This document shows positions 35,285 to 36,833 of a DNA stretch of 36,833 nucleotides, in pieces. The first letter of the stretch is position 1. The number at the start of each line of letters is the position of its first letter. The position numbers and the translations under genes were made by a program. The notes under the pieces are model-generated. The model was not told the origin of the DNA, did not search any database, and saw nothing but the letters and a program-made list of their open reading frames with translations. The DNA is from an uncultured Rhodospirillaceae bacterium. Lineage in GTDB: Bacteria; Pseudomonadota; Alphaproteobacteria; UBA8366. The stretch covers positions 1-36,833 of the forward strand of contig CAYYBI010000397.1 of the NCBI GenBank assembly GCA_964469835.1, written 5' to 3'.

Positions 35285-36166
35285 TCAAGCGGCGATCAAC
35301 GCTTCGCCCATGATTTGCGTTCGGTGCATCATCCGGCGCTCGTTGTTATCGAACGATTCTCGATAGTGCATCGTGCACCGATTGTCCCAGATCAGCAGGT
35401 CCCCGACCGCCCATTCGTGGCCCCAGGAAAATTCGCCATCGGCACAATGCTGCCAGAGCGCATCCCACAATTTCGTGTCCGTCTCACCCAAAACGTTGGA
35501 CGCGCCCGACCGCCGGCCCAAGTAGAGCGCCTTTCGACCGGTCGCGGGATGGACGCGCACCAACGGATGGCGCGCACCCGGCGCCCGCTCGGGATCAGTG
35601 GTCCCCACGAACGCGGCAAATTTCTTTCGCACTTCGCCGGCACTGGTATAGGTCGCATCGTGCACCGCCTCGCGCCCCGCGATTGCCTGTTTCAGGTCGT
35701 CCGGCAGCGTTTCATATGCCCGGTACATATTCATCAGATGGGTGGCGCCGCCCTGCTTGGGCACCTCGAGCGCATAAAGAAGGCTGGCGGTGGGTGGCTT
35801 CTCCATGAACGACATATCCGTATGCCAAATCGCCTCGCCATTGCCGAGGCTGCCGATGGCTTCGCCATCAATTGTGATATTGGAGACACACGCCAACTCG
35901 GGAAAACCCTCGATCCAATGGCTGCCCGATTTATTCGGCGGCGCGAGTTCGAGCTCGCCGAATATCTTCGAGAATTCGATCAACTGCGAGTCAGCCAGCG
36001 CCTGGTTCCGAATGAGCAGGACTAAATTCTCGTGCCACGCCTCGAGAATCGTCGTTTTGACGCGTTCATCAACCGGCATCCTCAGGTCAACGCCGCTAAT
36101 CTCGGCACCGATTGGCGCATCCAACCGACGGACGTTTACATCTGCGTTAAGGGCGGCTTGCATCAT
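35285..36166 (-). CDS. TauD/TfdA family Fe(II)/2-oxoglutarate dioxygenase
   Basis: 293 aa. ...AIWHTDMSFMEKPPTASLLYALEVPKQGGATHLMNM... carries the HxD facial-triad motif, and the overall TauD-like layout is present. Confidence 0.9.
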   Translation of the reverse strand: MMQAALNADVNVRRLDAPIGAEISGVDLRMPVDERVKTTILEAWHENLVLLIRNQALADSQLIEFSKIFGELELAPPNKSGSHWIEGFPELACVSNITIDGEAIGSLGNGEAIWHTDMSFMEKPPTASLLYALEVPKQGGATHLMNMYRAYETLPDDLKQAIAGREAVHDATYTSAGEVRKKFAAFVGTTDPERAPGARHPLVRVHPATGRKALYLGRRSGASNVLGETDTKLWDALWQHCADGEFSWGHEWAVGDLLIWDNRCTMHYRESFDNNERRMMHRTQIMGEALIAA

Positions 36167-36320
36167 GCAGGACTCCAGGTTTCGCGGTATGGCGGACTGA
36201 TTTTTTACACGGTCTTCCGTTGTGCTTTGAACGATGGATTATGCATGGCGACGCCGGACATGCCAAACCGACCCCATGGTTTCGAATGGTGTACTGGTAT
36301 TTTCGAAGTCCGGCATGTTT

Positions 36321-36356
36321 ACGCCCCCAACCCATTGGGTTGACGGCGTTTTATTT
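36321..36356 (+). terminator. Terminator-like hairpin followed by TTTATTT, abutting the 3' end of the tRNA fragment
   Basis: ACGCC-CC-CAACCC-ATT-GGGTTG-AC-GGCGT gives 5 + 6 bp, then TTTATTT. The T-rich tail exists only on the plus strand. It may still be the native structure flanking the tRNA 3' end. Confidence 0.45.
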
Positions 36357-36400
36357 GGTTGCGGGGGTAGGATTTGAACCTACGACCTTCAGGTTATGAG
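36356..36400 (-). tRNA. 3' portion only (about 45 nt) of an initiator-type tRNA-Met(CAT) gene; truncated, probable att-site remnant
   Basis: The minus strand reads CTCATAA-CCTGA-AGGTC-GTAGG-TTCAAAT-CCTAC-CCCCGCA-A-CCA. That covers anticodon loop, 3' anticodon stem, variable loop, T arm, 3' acceptor strand, discriminator A and CCA, and is very close to bacterial tRNA-fMet. The sequence 5' of it cannot form the anticodon stem (CCTAA vs CCTGA), D arm or acceptor stem. Confidence 0.6.
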
Positions 36401-36453
36401 TTAGGTGCTCCCATTACCATGTAGCCGTACCGAGCCGCATTCGTTACATTTCT

Positions 36454-36467
36454 ATTGATATATCAAT
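36454..36467. repeat. Perfect 14-bp palindrome ATTGATATATCAAT
   Basis: Read directly from the sequence. Lies between the tRNA fragment and the integrase gene. Confidence 0.8.
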
Positions 36468-36509
36468 GCACTATTGTTGCATTGGTCCGCATGCGTTACT
36501 ATGTACTTT

Positions 36510-36531
36510 GTTTGCCAAACTGTTTGCCAAA
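36510..36531 (+). repeat. Tandem direct repeat GTTTGCCAAA-CT-GTTTGCCAAA
   Basis: Two identical 10-mers with a 12-bp period, ending 11 bp upstream of the integrase ATG. Confidence 0.8.
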
Positions 36532-36542
36532 ACGGGAACGCC

Positions 36543-36833
36543 ATGCGGAAACGAATTACAAAACGGCTTGTCGAAGGTCTCGTCGCCAAGGACAAGGACA
36601 TAATGCTTTGGGACGACAAGCTTACGGGCTTTGGCGTGCGGGCCAGGCCGTCCGGCGCGAAGTATTACGTGGTGCAGTACCGCGACAAGACCACCCGCAA
36701 ACAGCGCTGGTACAACATTGGCAAACACGACGCGCCCTGGACCACGCATAAGGCACGGCAGGAAGCCGAGACCATCCTTTACCAGGCCAAGGCCAAGAAC
36801 GAACGCGACCCGGCCGAGGAACGCGATACCTTA
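36543..36833 (+). CDS. int: Tyrosine-type (P4-like) integrase, N-terminal part only (runs off the window)
   Basis: Absent from the ORF track because it has no stop. My translation from ATG 36543 is MRKRITKRLVEGLVAKDKDIMLWDDKLTGFGVRARPSGAKYYVVQYRDKTTRKQRWYNIGKHDAPWTTHKARQEAETILYQAKAKNERDPAEERDTL. This is typical of the arm-type DNA-binding domain (DUF4102-like) of tRNA-targeting integrases. Confidence 0.85.
   Translation, partial: MRKRITKRLVEGLVAKDKDIMLWDDKLTGFGVRARPSGAKYYVVQYRDKTTRKQRWYNIGKHDAPWTTHKARQEAETILYQAKAKNERDPAEERDTL

Noticed and set aside
36356-36439. A complete tRNA-Met gene on the minus strand
   Set aside because: The only candidate 5' acceptor strand (TGCGGCT) pairs at 5 of 7 positions. 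It would make the molecule 84 nt long with no D arm, and the anticodon stem does not pair (CCTAA vs CCTGA). Only the 3' 45 nt are tRNA-like.
36455-36751. 98-aa plus-strand ORF and the overlapping 92-aa minus-strand ORF (36471..36749)
   Set aside because: Both are out of frame with, or antisense to, the integrase reading frame starting at 36543, which has an unmistakable arm-binding-domain sequence.
1-36833. CRISPR arrays, IS elements, rRNA genes and toxin-antitoxin or classical defence genes
   Set aside because: Scanning intergenic regions and ORF translations by eye revealed no regularly spaced repeats, no transposase-like ORFs, no rRNA-like sequence and no recognisable defence-protein motifs. 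A computational repeat search would be needed to exclude short dispersed repeats.

Overview
High-GC chromosomal segment. The gene content fits a proteobacterium, probably an alphaproteobacterium, but that is inference only. Order, left to right:
- Minus-strand hyuA'-hyuB-hyuA hydantoinase/oxoprolinase cluster (1-5733).
- Divergent DctPQM TRAP transporter (5960-9060).
- prkA-yeaH-ycgB(spoVR) operon behind a 0.5-kb AT-rich leader (9061-14419).
- TAXI-type TRAP transporter (14651-17903).
- Cupin gene, then a 430-bp intergenic region holding an orphan intrinsic terminator (candidate sRNA), then an orphan CheY-like regulator.
- Patchwork of accessory metabolic genes: two family III CoA-transferases, RidA, two VOC proteins, Baeyer-Villiger monooxygenase, SGNH hydrolase, amidohydrolase, TauD dioxygenase. 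Interspersed are a CBS-BON protein, nnrS and a rimB-rimK-astE-like operon.
- At the right edge, a 3' fragment of an initiator tRNA-Met gene next to a tyrosine integrase, marking the boundary of an integrated element that runs out of the window.

Most notable observation: track ORFs 23443..23988 and 23197..23409 (minus strand) are in the same frame. They are separated only by a TGA that is followed by GGG-TCA-TGC, giving U-G-S-C. I read this as one UGA-recoded selenoprotein of the UGSC type. It is the first gene of a tight three-gene operon with an unassignable 368-aa protein and a VOC enzyme.

I found no CRISPR array, rRNA, intact tRNA or IS element. Many long ORFs in the track are antisense shadows of real genes, which is typical of high-GC DNA.
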